A DNA stretch of 63,768 bases, the filler included. It is 7 parts of 7 records of this genome, joined end to end, with 100 filler letters (N's around TTAATTAATTAA, not from the genome) between each part and the next. Parts side by side here need not be neighbours in the genome. Positions count along the whole stretch, not along the records: positions 33,151 to 47,970 come from SRR20825010_6885; positions 48,071 to 55,665 come from SRR20825010_6886; 5 more parts are not named here. One strand, 5' to 3'. Positions within the stretch are counted from its first letter, which is position 1; the number at the start of each line of letters is the position of its first letter. Positions 39,317 to 49,001 of this stretch are shown here, piece after piece. The notes under the pieces were generated by a model. That model did not search any database. It was not told the DNA's origin and worked only from the letters and a program-made list of their open reading frames with translations. The translations under genes and the position numbers were made by a program.

Positions 39317-40534
39317 ATGCGATCCTACACTTTTTTTGCAATAGTCCTTTTATGCTTGGCCATTTTATTGATCGATGCCTTGGCTTTCTACTGGCTGAAA
39401 TCTATCATGGAGCCTATTGAACCGACCATCATTAAGAATACTATTTTTATCGCCTTTTGGTTTTTTACCATCGGACTCATTATATCTATATTGGTGTTGA
39501 AAATTAGATTGGAAAGTATATCACCTTATAGAAAGCAACTTCTTATATCATCCTTATATGGACTAACGGTTTCCTCCTTTATTCCCAAGTTGATCTTTGT
39601 AGTGGTTATTTCTACACTTTATTTCTCAAATTTTTTGATCTCAGGGGAGAAATCCTTGCTCATCATTCCTTTAGTAGGTGTTTTTTTTGGATTTTTACCA
39701 TTCTTCGTTATTGTGTATGCCGTATTCAGGGCCGTATACAGATTTAAGGTACATCAGGTTGTTGTAAAATCTGATTTGCTTCCGCAAAGTTTTAACGGAT
39801 TGCGAATAGTTCAAATATCAGATCTTCACCTAGGCAGTTTCAATTATCGCTATCATATATTGCACCGTGCCATCAATACCATAAATAGTTTAAAGCCCGA
39901 TTTTATTTTTTTTACTGGCGATTTGGTCAACAATTATGCTTGGGAATTAAACGGATGGGAGGATGTATTAAAGTCTCTGACCGCCCAACACGGAAAATAT
40001 TCGGTTTTGGGAAATCATGATTATGGGGACTATAGTAAATGGGAATCCGAAGAGGAGAGAAACAGCAATTTTGCGGATATTAAAGATTTTCATGCCCAAA
40101 TTGGGTTTAAGCTTTTGCTGAATGAAGCCGAATGTATTGAGAATAAAGGTGATAAAATTGCAATTGTGGGAGTGGAAAACTGGGGGAATCCACCCTTTAA
40201 ACAATACGGGGACCTTCAACAATCCTTGCAGGGAGTAGAGGATGTAGGGTTTAAAATTTTATTGTCGCACGACCCCTCGCATTGGAGCGAGGAAGTGGTG
40301 AATAAGACCAATATAGCGCTTACGCTCTCAGGGCATACGCATGGTATGCAGGCGGGAATCAACATCAAAAATAAAGAATGGAGTCCCATAAAATACAAAT
40401 ACAAACATTGGGCAGGACTATATCGATTGGGCCATCAATTTCTATATGTAAGCCGTGGATTGGGGTGGATGGGATTTCCTGGCCGATTGGGCATGCGTCC
40501 GGAAATTACCTTTATAGAGCTTGAGAAAGAATAG
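39317..40534 (+). CDS. Membrane-anchored metallophosphoesterase (YkuE-like)
   Basis: Four N-terminal TMs; DLH, GDLVN, GNHD, SHDP, GHTH. Confidence 0.9.
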   Translation: MRSYTFFAIVLLCLAILLIDALAFYWLKSIMEPIEPTIIKNTIFIAFWFFTIGLIISILVLKIRLESISPYRKQLLISSLYGLTVSSFIPKLIFVVVISTLYFSNFLISGEKSLLIIPLVGVFFGFLPFFVIVYAVFRAVYRFKVHQVVVKSDLLPQSFNGLRIVQISDLHLGSFNYRYHILHRAINTINSLKPDFIFFTGDLVNNYAWELNGWEDVLKSLTAQHGKYSVLGNHDYGDYSKWESEEERNSNFADIKDFHAQIGFKLLLNEAECIENKGDKIAIVGVENWGNPPFKQYGDLQQSLQGVEDVGFKILLSHDPSHWSEEVVNKTNIALTLSGHTHGMQAGINIKNKEWSPIKYKYKHWAGLYRLGHQFLYVSRGLGWMGFPGRLGMRPEITFIELEKE

Positions 40535-40597
40535 TGGGATTATTTTGTTTTCCATCTACCTGTTTCAAAGTATAACTGCCTTCAAGGCACTTATACA

Positions 40598-41581
40598 TCA
40601 CTTTTTTTCCAGCTTCTTTTTTTCCTCTTTTTCCTTCTTTTTGAAGTAGCGGCGGGTGAGAAAGTTATGCTTTAAGGCTTCCGTAACCTCGTTGAAATTT
40701 TTGACTCCCTCTGTGATGTTTTCCATGCTGGTTTCCAATTGACCAACCAATACGGTGTCTGTGGCCAAATAATTAATGGCTCCCTTCCCTGTTTTAATAT
40801 CCCCGATGACCGAATTTAAGTCCTTGGACATTTTTTCGATTTCTATGCTGGAATTTTCTAGATGGGATATAATATTGCTCATTTTATCGCCTGTAATGGA
40901 GTCCTTTAAGAGAACACCGGCAGTACTATTATCAAAATCCAACTGCTTTACAATCTGGTTTATCTCTGCGATCATTATATTGGCCTCATTACTGGTATGT
41001 TTCAGATTGGTAATGGTTTGGTGCAATTCCTTGGCCATAAGGGAATCATTCAACAACCTGCCAAAGGTGCCTTTTCCTTGGGTCAGGGATCTAGTTACCT
41101 TCAGCAGGTCTTCTGTCAACAATGCGGCATTTTCATTGGTTTGGTTAAGGGTGTTCAACATATCTTGGGTAGCCACCCTACTAAAGGATTGTAATTCGTC
41201 CCCTGGGCCAATGTGGGTTGTCTTTCCTTCCCCAGGAACAATATTGATCAGCATACTGCCCACAAGTCCATCGGAACCAATCGTGGCAACGGCATCTTTT
41301 TTAATGTGATTTTGCATTTTTTCCTCAATGATCATGTGCACCCGAATGGTGGTATCGTTGATCATTTCAATCTTGTTCACTGTGCCCACATTTATACCTG
41401 AGAAGCGTACGTTATTCCCATTTTGAAGTCCGTTTGCATTTTTAAAAATTGCGGTTATAGGAATGGTCTTTCCAAACATATTTTGTCTGTTCCCAATTAA
41501 ATAGGCGGCAACTACGAGTAGTGCCGTGCCGAGGACGACGAATATTCCAAGTTTCAAATTTTCTAGTTTTGTCTTTGCCAT
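40598..41581 (-). CDS. mlaD: MlaD/MCE family protein
   Basis: GLQNGNNVRFSGINVGTV; GLVGSMLINIVPG; long helical C-terminal region. Confidence 0.88.
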   Translation of the reverse strand: MAKTKLENLKLGIFVVLGTALLVVAAYLIGNRQNMFGKTIPITAIFKNANGLQNGNNVRFSGINVGTVNKIEMINDTTIRVHMIIEEKMQNHIKKDAVATIGSDGLVGSMLINIVPGEGKTTHIGPGDELQSFSRVATQDMLNTLNQTNENAALLTEDLLKVTRSLTQGKGTFGRLLNDSLMAKELHQTITNLKHTSNEANIMIAEINQIVKQLDFDNSTAGVLLKDSITGDKMSNIISHLENSSIEIEKMSKDLNSVIGDIKTGKGAINYLATDTVLVGQLETSMENITEGVKNFNEVTEALKHNFLTRRYFKKKEKEEKKKLEKK

Positions 41582-41585
41582 GATC

Positions 41586-42380
41586 TTATTTTTTAAAAAA
41601 CGCATCTACTTTTGGATCAGTGGATTTTGATAATTCTGAATAGGTACCTTCGGCATAATTAATACCATCTACTAAGAGTATCATCCGTTCTGAAATTACA
41701 CGGGCACAATCCACATCATGGGTAATAATCAGGGAGGAAGTGCCGTATTTCTTTTGTATGGAACGCATTAATTCTATAATCTCCTTAGAGGTAATGGGAT
41801 CCAGGCCACTGGTAGGTTCATCATAGAGGATTACCTTTGGTTTTAGAATAAGGGTGCGGGCCAAGGCCACCCTTCTTTTCATACCCCCGGATAATTCAAC
41901 GGGCATTAGATCCATGGTATGGGCCAATCCAACATTTTCAAGTGCTTCCCGCACTAGCGGTTCAGTATCCGTAACTACTCCCAATTTTTCTTTGTGCCTG
42001 CGCATGGGAAATTCCAAATTTTCACGTACCGTCATGGAATCATATAGCGCACTTCCCTGAAAGAGAAATCCGATATCCGAACGCAATTCATCCAGGGTTT
42101 GCTGGTCCAAAGCGTTTATTTCCTTACCCAGAACTTTAACCGTTCCCCTATCTGGTTTTACCAGGCCAACTAGGCATTTTATCATTACCGATTTCCCGGA
42201 GCCCGATTTCCCCATGACCACTAGGTTTTCCCCTTCCATTAGGGTCATATTAAATCCGTTCAAAACATGATTGTCCCCAAAACTTTTATAAAGGTCCTTA
42301 ATCTCTATAACCGCCTTTCCGCCTTGGGCAGATTCATTTGAAGTTGTTATTTGGTCTTGGTCCGTCATATTAAAGTTCAT
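41586..42380 (-). CDS. mlaF: MlaF-type ABC transporter ATPase
   Basis: GKSGSGKS; FQGSALYDS; LSGGMKRR; YDEPTSGLDP. Confidence 0.9.
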   Translation of the reverse strand: MNFNMTDQDQITTSNESAQGGKAVIEIKDLYKSFGDNHVLNGFNMTLMEGENLVVMGKSGSGKSVMIKCLVGLVKPDRGTVKVLGKEINALDQQTLDELRSDIGFLFQGSALYDSMTVRENLEFPMRRHKEKLGVVTDTEPLVREALENVGLAHTMDLMPVELSGGMKRRVALARTLILKPKVILYDEPTSGLDPITSKEIIELMRSIQKKYGTSSLIITHDVDCARVISERMILLVDGINYAEGTYSELSKSTDPKVDAFFKK

Positions 42381-43152
42381 AAAAAATATCGGAAATAAAT
42401 ACCGCTATAAAATCTATCACAAACAGAAGTAAGGATGCCATAACCACGGCGGTATTGGCCGCTACCCCTACGCCTGCAGTTCCTTTTTTGGAATAATAGC
42501 CTTTATAACAGCCCACCAATCCTATGGCAAAGCCAAAAAAGAACGATTTTATGGTGGCCGGTACCAGATCACTAAAGGACAAGGCATCGAATACAGTATT
42601 AAAATAAAGTTGAAAGGAAACGTCCCCTTTTAAATTCTCTACAAGTGCGGATCCGTATAGGGCTACCAAATCTCCGTATATCACTAAAATGGGTAGCATT
42701 AAAGTGGTGGCCATTATCCGTGTTATTACCAAATACTTAAATGGGTTGGTCCCGGAGACTTCCATGGCATCAATTTGTTCGGTAACCCGCATGGAACCTA
42801 ATTCGGCCCCTATCCCTGATGCAATTCGGCCCGCGCAGATAAGCGCGGTAATTACAGGGCCTATTTCCCTTACTATAGATATCCCGACCATATTCGGCAT
42901 CCAGGAAACAGCTCCAAATTGAATCAGGGTGGGTCTAGATTGTAGGGTAAGTACCAGTCCAATGATAAAGCCCGTTACGGTTACTAGGATAAGGGACCTA
43001 TTTCCCATCTGATAGCATTGGCGCAATAGTTCCTTAAACTCGAAAGGAGGTTTTAAGACCTCCTTAAAAAATCGGGCAGCGAAATGGGAGAGATCTCCTA
43101 TCTCAATGAAAAATTCCTTCACCCCTTTAAATAATGTAGATGTGTTGCCCAT
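42370..43152 (-). CDS. mlaE: MlaE-type ABC permease
   Basis: REIGPVITAL; AELGSMRVTEQIDAMEVSG. Confidence 0.92.
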   Translation of the reverse strand: MGNTSTLFKGVKEFFIEIGDLSHFAARFFKEVLKPPFEFKELLRQCYQMGNRSLILVTVTGFIIGLVLTLQSRPTLIQFGAVSWMPNMVGISIVREIGPVITALICAGRIASGIGAELGSMRVTEQIDAMEVSGTNPFKYLVITRIMATTLMLPILVIYGDLVALYGSALVENLKGDVSFQLYFNTVFDALSFSDLVPATIKSFFFGFAIGLVGCYKGYYSKKGTAGVGVAANTAVVMASLLLFVIDFIAVFISDIFYEL

Positions 43153-43183
43153 ACCCAAATCCCTTTGTAGGGGTCTATTTCAT

Positions 43184-43227
43184 CAAAGATAGTATGAAAG
43201 TAAAGGGCTTAAAATGAGGAATGTCAT
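43184..43227 (-). promoter_or_regulatory. CRP/FNR-like box plus -7 promoter (mlaEFD)
   Basis: ATGAGGAATGTCAT at 43214-43227, 22 nt, TATCTTTG (minus strand) at 43191-43184. Confidence 0.7.
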
Positions 43228-43238
43228 ATATAGGGGTG

Positions 43239-43282
43239 GTGACCGTTGTCATTTTATATTCCTTGGAACCGTATTAGTTTTG
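43239..43282 (+). promoter_or_regulatory. CRP/FNR-like box plus -7 promoter (L,D-transpeptidase)
   Basis: GTGACCGTTGTCAT, 22 nt, TAGTTTTG. Confidence 0.7.
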
Positions 43283-43309
43283 GTTAAAATAACACCAAAT
43301 TTTACCAAT

Positions 43310-44263
43310 ATGATTAAATCGAAATTGATCCTTCTCCAAATATTAGTTCTTTTGATGGTTTCCTGTAATGTTAATCGACCTATTTCCCCAAAAAACCCAT
43401 CTGTAGAAAATCCTCTCTCTATTCAGCAACATCTAGTAGAGAAAAATAGTATTCCAAAGAAAGCCAAACCGCAGATGGCAAATGTTGCTCGGGATATTAG
43501 GGTGGCCAATTATTTTGATTTTATGGATGGTTTGACCAAGAAATATGATTCCTTAGTACCTTATGCCTTGACCGAACATGTGCTGGTTCGTGCCAATCCT
43601 TGGATAATGGATACTTTGGCCAATACGGATTATTATAGGCAAATGGCAAAAGATTCCTTTGTTTATGATCAACGGAAAATGATTGTACTACGGAGCAATG
43701 ATTCCTTGTTGATACCGGATGCCGAAACGGGGCAGCAACTTATCAAGGATATGGAAAATACATTGATAGATATAAATATTCCCGAATATAGACTCCGCAT
43801 TTATCAAGATTCCTTGTTGTTATATACCTTCCCTATAAGGGTTGGGCAGGATAGAAAAAGGTATTTGGCCATGGGAGATCGCGTAACAGATCTAAGGACC
43901 AAGACAGGAAAAGGCAAGATTGTAAGGTTGGAGCGGAATCCCAGTTTTTATAATCCTGTGACCGGTAAGCGGTTTTATGTGACCAGAAGGGATGACAAAA
44001 AAACGACCATAATGCCTGTAATTCCATGGATAGAAACAGAAATTAATGGCATTCGCAACGGGCAAATGATACATCCCACTACCAATCCGGAAACCTTGGG
44101 CAAGGCATCCTCCAATGGATGTATTGGGGTTGCCGAGGCAGATGCCTGGATTATTTATTACCATGCCCCCTTAAATACCCCTGTCCAAATACGCTATGAT
44201 CTGGATATTTTGGATGGAAATGGGGAAGTACAGAAATTGAAGGACATCTATAACTATCAATAG
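43310..44263 (+). CDS. L,D-transpeptidase (YkuD) lipoprotein
   Basis: ATG at 43310 gives a lipobox (LMVSC); IDINIPEYRL; IHPT..LGKASSNGC catalytic His/Cys. Confidence 0.85.
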   Translation: MIKSKLILLQILVLLMVSCNVNRPISPKNPSVENPLSIQQHLVEKNSIPKKAKPQMANVARDIRVANYFDFMDGLTKKYDSLVPYALTEHVLVRANPWIMDTLANTDYYRQMAKDSFVYDQRKMIVLRSNDSLLIPDAETGQQLIKDMENTLIDINIPEYRLRIYQDSLLLYTFPIRVGQDRKRYLAMGDRVTDLRTKTGKGKIVRLERNPSFYNPVTGKRFYVTRRDDKKTTIMPVIPWIETEINGIRNGQMIHPTTNPETLGKASSNGCIGVAEADAWIIYYHAPLNTPVQIRYDLDILDGNGEVQKLKDIYNYQ

Positions 44264-44346
44264 CCTACCTAATCTATTGTGAAATGACTATTTTTGGCTT
44301 ACTGCGGATTTTTCAAATAAAAATTTTGAGCTTCAAATAGTTTCTT

Positions 44347-44922
44347 ATGAGTGAATTAAAGGATTTTCAAAAGTTGGTTATCGCCAATGCTTCTGAAGTA
44401 AAGGGGCTTTCTAAGGGAGATAGGGCGCCCGATTTTAGTCTACCCAATGCATTTGGTAAAAAAATATTATTATCCCAAGCCTTAAAATCAGGAATAGTGA
44501 TCATAAAGTTCTATCGAGGGGAATGGTGCCCTATTTGCAATTTGGATCTTAGGGCAATTCAGCAACATCTACCACAAATCAGGTCTTTAGGAGCCTCCTT
44601 AATTGCTATTAGCCCGCAGAGACCAGATGATGCGCTAACGGCTATTCAGAAAAATGAACTCGAATATGAGGTGCTAAGTGACGCAGATCAGGAAGTGATA
44701 AAAGCGTACAACCTTCAGTTTGATCCGGGGGAGGATTATCACCAGCGGCGGGATTTATCCGTTTTGAACGGTGGGGGTTTAAAAACCTTACCAGTTCCGG
44801 CTACGTTCATAGTAAACACTGACCAAATTATTGAAGCAGCTCATGTTGAGGCCAATTATACCGAAAGGATGGGCCCAAGGGAAATAATAGAGGTAATTGA
44901 AAAGATGGTTAATAAGATGTAA
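44347..44922 (+). CDS. Peroxiredoxin-like AhpC/TSA family protein
   Basis: GDRAPDFSL; FYRGEWCPIC; LPVPATFIV. Confidence 0.88.
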   Translation: MSELKDFQKLVIANASEVKGLSKGDRAPDFSLPNAFGKKILLSQALKSGIVIIKFYRGEWCPICNLDLRAIQQHLPQIRSLGASLIAISPQRPDDALTAIQKNELEYEVLSDADQEVIKAYNLQFDPGEDYHQRRDLSVLNGGGLKTLPVPATFIVNTDQIIEAAHVEANYTERMGPREIIEVIEKMVNKM

Positions 44923-45111
44923 AAACCAAGGTATTGTACTATGGAAGGCTTCCATACCAAAATTATACATATACACCCTGTCTTGAGGATTGGTTTCTTC
45001 CATCTTCCTAATTTGTTCCATAATTTTTCCCAGAAAGTCCAGGAGTGGAGTTTACTAGGTTGGTGTAGGTTTCTGGTAGGTACATTTTAGTGTTGGAATA
45101 TATCAATTCAC

Positions 45112-47823
45112 TTAGTAGTCTTCCGCTTCAACAGAATAATTTTTTTCTAGGTATCCAATACGGCCATCCTCGGAAATTGCCTCTACAACAATTAGGTAAT
45201 CTCCGGGAATGTCCCCATTGTAAAAACTAGCCGAAGCTTTACCATCTTGATCGGTCTTTATACTAGGAGCCCAATGAATCACCGATCTTAGATCCGGTTT
45301 TTGACTATCTTCAGCCGGTCTGTCATATTTCGGGGCATAGAATTCCTTCTCAGGGGAGAATATTTCAATAGTAGATTCCATTGTACCCGGTGCAGGTCTA
45401 TCGGTACCATGAATGCCCACTCCTCCTTTGGTATAGACAGAAATAATATGGCCTAAAGTAGGAGCTTCCAAGGGATCTGTCTCAGGAAAAACTGTCAGAT
45501 ATTGTTTTACAAAAAATTTGGCGTATTTTATAATTTCCACACTCTCCACGATACCAGGGGGCATTTGGGGAACAAAGTCATATTCCTCTTTAGTGAGTAA
45601 TTTGCCGTCCACCACCAACAAGGTCGGTTCTCCTCGGCCTCCTATAACGTGGGCCAGCATAAAGCCATCGGAAAATTGCTCTATTGTTACCTGGTCCCCA
45701 TATTCGAACATAAGGATACTGTACAGCCCGTAGGACCATTTCTTTTCTTTGGAACGCAGTACATCCCCTTCTATGACCACATCAGGTTCCCCGAATTGTT
45801 TGTAGGCCTTTTGCCGTTCAGGGGTCAATCGATAGCCCTCGACCACCACCTCGTCCAATTGGGTTACGCCATACAGGGAGTCAAATATCGCCTCCGTTTT
45901 TTGCCGCTCCTTCTGAGCCTTTACCACAGCCCGGGCAACGGGATCTACTTTTTCTACAGAAATAATAGGTTCATATTCCACTTTAGGACGGTTGAGGGTA
46001 TCCATCAAAATGGTATAGTTGGTCTTTTTGCCCTCTTGGTCCTTGCTATTCAGCAATACCTTCATCCGTTTGCCATAGGCATCGTCCAATAAAAAATGGA
46101 ACCTTCCCATACTATCCGTTTCCTGGGCATAGAAAGAAGGTGCCTCGCCAAAGGTGACCAGGGAGATATCGGCACCATTCACAAGTTCCCTTTTGGGAAA
46201 ACCCGTACGTAGGGTACCCTTTACTTCAAGTGCCGGTTGGGGCCAATAGAACCTCCCACCCTGCCGCCTTATCGGATGTTTGTAGCGGCGCCACCCTTGG
46301 GTCAATAGCAATGCGTCCAGATCGTTGTAGTTAGTTGGCCCATCTTCCCTGAAGTAGTAATCGGGTTCTTCTAATTCTCCCCTTAGTTCAGAAGTCAATA
46401 AAAAATAGGAGCGAATGGTCTCTCCCTTCCCCCGATGCCAATGTTCCTTATTTATGGCCAAAATGGATAGATCGGTGGTTGTTGGTGCCGAACCCTTTCC
46501 AGAAACCTCAATATCTAGTTTGGTTGCTTCCTTCCGTCCATAATGTTTTTTGTCCGTAGACAGGGAAATATCCAATCGGTCGTGTTCGGATTCGTTAAAG
46601 TACAAGCGTTCTGCTACAGGAATTCGTTCTTCGTCCATTAGGGTAAAGACTATGACTCCCTCGGGCAATTTGCTAGACGGCAAGTGGTAAGACAAGCGGC
46701 CTTCCCGTAAGGGCCCCTCCATTAAATAATAATCCGTTCCCCTGCAACTGGCCTTTATGAATACGCGGTCGTTCAAATAATTGGATTCCACTTGGATGCG
46801 GATCTTATCCTTGGCCTTGCCCACAGATAGGATGCTCCCCATGGACACTACTTTGGGCAAGGGATAGGTTACCTCGGTTTCTAGGCTGTCCGAATAGACA
46901 ATTTTTGCACTATAGGTGGAAGTGCTATCGGCCTCCAAAAAGAAAAAACCCATACCCAAATGGTTGCTCTTAAAAGTGGCTACCATTTGGCCTATGCCAT
47001 CCAATACCTCGCCTTGGACCATCTTTCCCTTACCATCCACACCTACGGCCTTAAAACCGATTTTGTTACGGAACCCATGGATGATGTCACCACCTTCGGG
47101 AAGGAATTGTAAATCTATTGGGGGATTGTTCAGAACTATTGTTTTGGTATGGCGAAGACCTTGGCCAGTGGCCAAGGTGAGGGTAATCCAGTCCAATTTT
47201 TCTGGAATTTCGTAATCCAGTGTATATAGATCTCGGGCCTTTCTGTTGACCTTGATCGTATCCTTGTCCTTGCCCCAGTCCAGATATACCTGGACCTGCC
47301 GTTCATTATCACTCCCCATTTTTTTTGGCCAGAGCTGCCCTGTCAAGTTCCAACGCCCATGCTCTTTTTCCACTACGGACAGTGCCTCAATAGGGGCCTT
47401 ATCATTGTTTTGAGTTGGAGCATATAGGTCCACATAGGTCTTGAACATGAAATCATCGCCGAAATTACGGTTCCATTGGGTATAGGCGCGGATCAAATAG
47501 CGCCCTGTTGGCATGTCCTTGTTGAGTTCAAAAGAACCCGTGCCAATACCTTGGATAAGTTTCACTAATCTATGTGCTATAATTTGTTCATTGGGTCCGA
47601 TCAGATCTACATAGAGTACCCGACTTAGGTTGGATGGAATATGGTTTTCCGAGTCGGTTACAATGGCCTTGAACCAAATGTCTTGGTCCATGGCATAGGC
47701 ATTGGAATGGAGTTGAAGGTATATCTTTTCGGCTATGGATAAATCTATAATGTTGTTGTTATCTTGGGAAAAAATGGGCAGGGATAGCAAAAAATAGTAT
47801 ATTAAATTATACCAAATTTTCAT
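45112..47823 (-). CDS. Large secreted protein: macroglobulin-like N-terminal domains, carboxypeptidase-regulatory-like domain and TonB plug-like domain, no beta-barrel
   Basis: EKIYLQ..QDIWFKA; YLIRAYTQW; LQFLPEGG; LDALLLTQGWRRY; LDEVVV; VESVEIIK; DLRSVIHWAP. Confidence 0.75.
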   Translation of the reverse strand: MKIWYNLIYYFLLSLPIFSQDNNNIIDLSIAEKIYLQLHSNAYAMDQDIWFKAIVTDSENHIPSNLSRVLYVDLIGPNEQIIAHRLVKLIQGIGTGSFELNKDMPTGRYLIRAYTQWNRNFGDDFMFKTYVDLYAPTQNNDKAPIEALSVVEKEHGRWNLTGQLWPKKMGSDNERQVQVYLDWGKDKDTIKVNRKARDLYTLDYEIPEKLDWITLTLATGQGLRHTKTIVLNNPPIDLQFLPEGGDIIHGFRNKIGFKAVGVDGKGKMVQGEVLDGIGQMVATFKSNHLGMGFFFLEADSTSTYSAKIVYSDSLETEVTYPLPKVVSMGSILSVGKAKDKIRIQVESNYLNDRVFIKASCRGTDYYLMEGPLREGRLSYHLPSSKLPEGVIVFTLMDEERIPVAERLYFNESEHDRLDISLSTDKKHYGRKEATKLDIEVSGKGSAPTTTDLSILAINKEHWHRGKGETIRSYFLLTSELRGELEEPDYYFREDGPTNYNDLDALLLTQGWRRYKHPIRRQGGRFYWPQPALEVKGTLRTGFPKRELVNGADISLVTFGEAPSFYAQETDSMGRFHFLLDDAYGKRMKVLLNSKDQEGKKTNYTILMDTLNRPKVEYEPIISVEKVDPVARAVVKAQKERQKTEAIFDSLYGVTQLDEVVVEGYRLTPERQKAYKQFGEPDVVIEGDVLRSKEKKWSYGLYSILMFEYGDQVTIEQFSDGFMLAHVIGGRGEPTLLVVDGKLLTKEEYDFVPQMPPGIVESVEIIKYAKFFVKQYLTVFPETDPLEAPTLGHIISVYTKGGVGIHGTDRPAPGTMESTIEIFSPEKEFYAPKYDRPAEDSQKPDLRSVIHWAPSIKTDQDGKASASFYNGDIPGDYLIVVEAISEDGRIGYLEKNYSVEAEDY

Positions 47824-47939
47824 TGTGAAAAACCGCTTTTAAAAATTAAATTACTGTAGTACCGACATACAATTTAGTGATTTTTTTGTTCCTGATCCAT
47901 CAAAAGATATCATTTGATGTCAAATTAATTCTAGCATAA

Positions 47940-47957
47940 TTTGGGATCAATCCCAAA
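47940..47957. promoter_or_regulatory. Inverted repeat resembling a LacI-family operator
   Basis: TTTGGGAT-CA-ATCCCAAA. Confidence 0.4.
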
Positions 47958-47970
47958 AGTTGTGTGTGAA

Positions 47971-48070
47971 NNNNNNNNNNNNNNNNNNNNNNNNNNNNNN
48001 NNNNNNNNNNNNNNTTAATTAATTAANNNNNNNNNNNNNNNNNNNNNNNNNNNNNNNNNNNNNNNNNNNN
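47971..48070. other. Artificial contig spacer
   Basis: N44-TTAATTAATTAA-N44. Confidence 0.98.
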
Positions 48071-48972
48071 ACATAAGCCATGGCATTTTTGGTCTGATGG
48101 TCTTCCGCCACATTCGGAGAAGGAATGAAAATCACTGGCTTGCCCACTAGTGAAAGTTCTGAAACCGATAAAGCGCCAGCTCTCGACACGATCACATCTG
48201 CAGCAGCATAAGCCAAATCCATTTCGCGGATAAATTCATTCAGATGAATTGTTGTCAAGCCTGATTCTGCCAGCTTTGATTTCATCTCTTGGAAATAAAA
48301 CTTACCACATTGCCAAAGCACTTGGTAACCTTCCGCATCCAGCTTTTGCAGATCTGCAAGTACCGCTTGATTGAGTGTTCTAGCTCCAAGAGATCCTCCC
48401 AAAACCAAGAGTGTTTTCTTCGCCGGATCCAATCCGAAATGTGTCAATGCCTTTTCTCTTTTCCCCGATAAGTCAAGAATGTCCTTTCGAACAGGGTTTC
48501 CTGTATAGGCTATGCTATCAGCTGGGAAAAAGCGATCCATCTCAGGATAAGCAACACATATTTTTTTGGCTCTTTTAGCCAGAATCTTATTAGTCAAGCC
48601 AGCATAGGAATTTTGCTCCTGTACCAGCGTAGGAATACCCTTTCTTTGCGCAGCATAAAGCACCGGCCCGCTTGCATAGCCACCGACTCCTATCACTGCA
48701 TCTGGATTAAAATCCTTGATGATCTGCGAAGCTTGAGTCAGACTTTTCAACAGTTTGAAAGGAAACTTGAGGTTTTCAAGTGTTAAACTTCTTTGTAATC
48801 CAGCTACTGGAAGTCCTTTGATTTTGTATCCAGCCTCAGGAACCTTCTGCATCTCCATTTTGCCTAATGCACCCACAAATAAGATCTCGCTAGAAGGATG
48901 CTTTTCCTTCCAGGCATTTGCAATAGCGATAGCCGGATAGATATGCCCTCCGGTACCTCCACCACTGATCAA
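48071..48972 (-). CDS. murG: MurG glycosyltransferase (3' end cut; true start may be ATT at 49002 or 48999)
   Basis: GGGTGGH, GGYAS, EQN, GNPVR, GGSLGA, SRAGA. Confidence 0.96.
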
Positions 48973-49001
48973 AATGCGATATGTGCGTTGTGCGTTAATA
49001 A

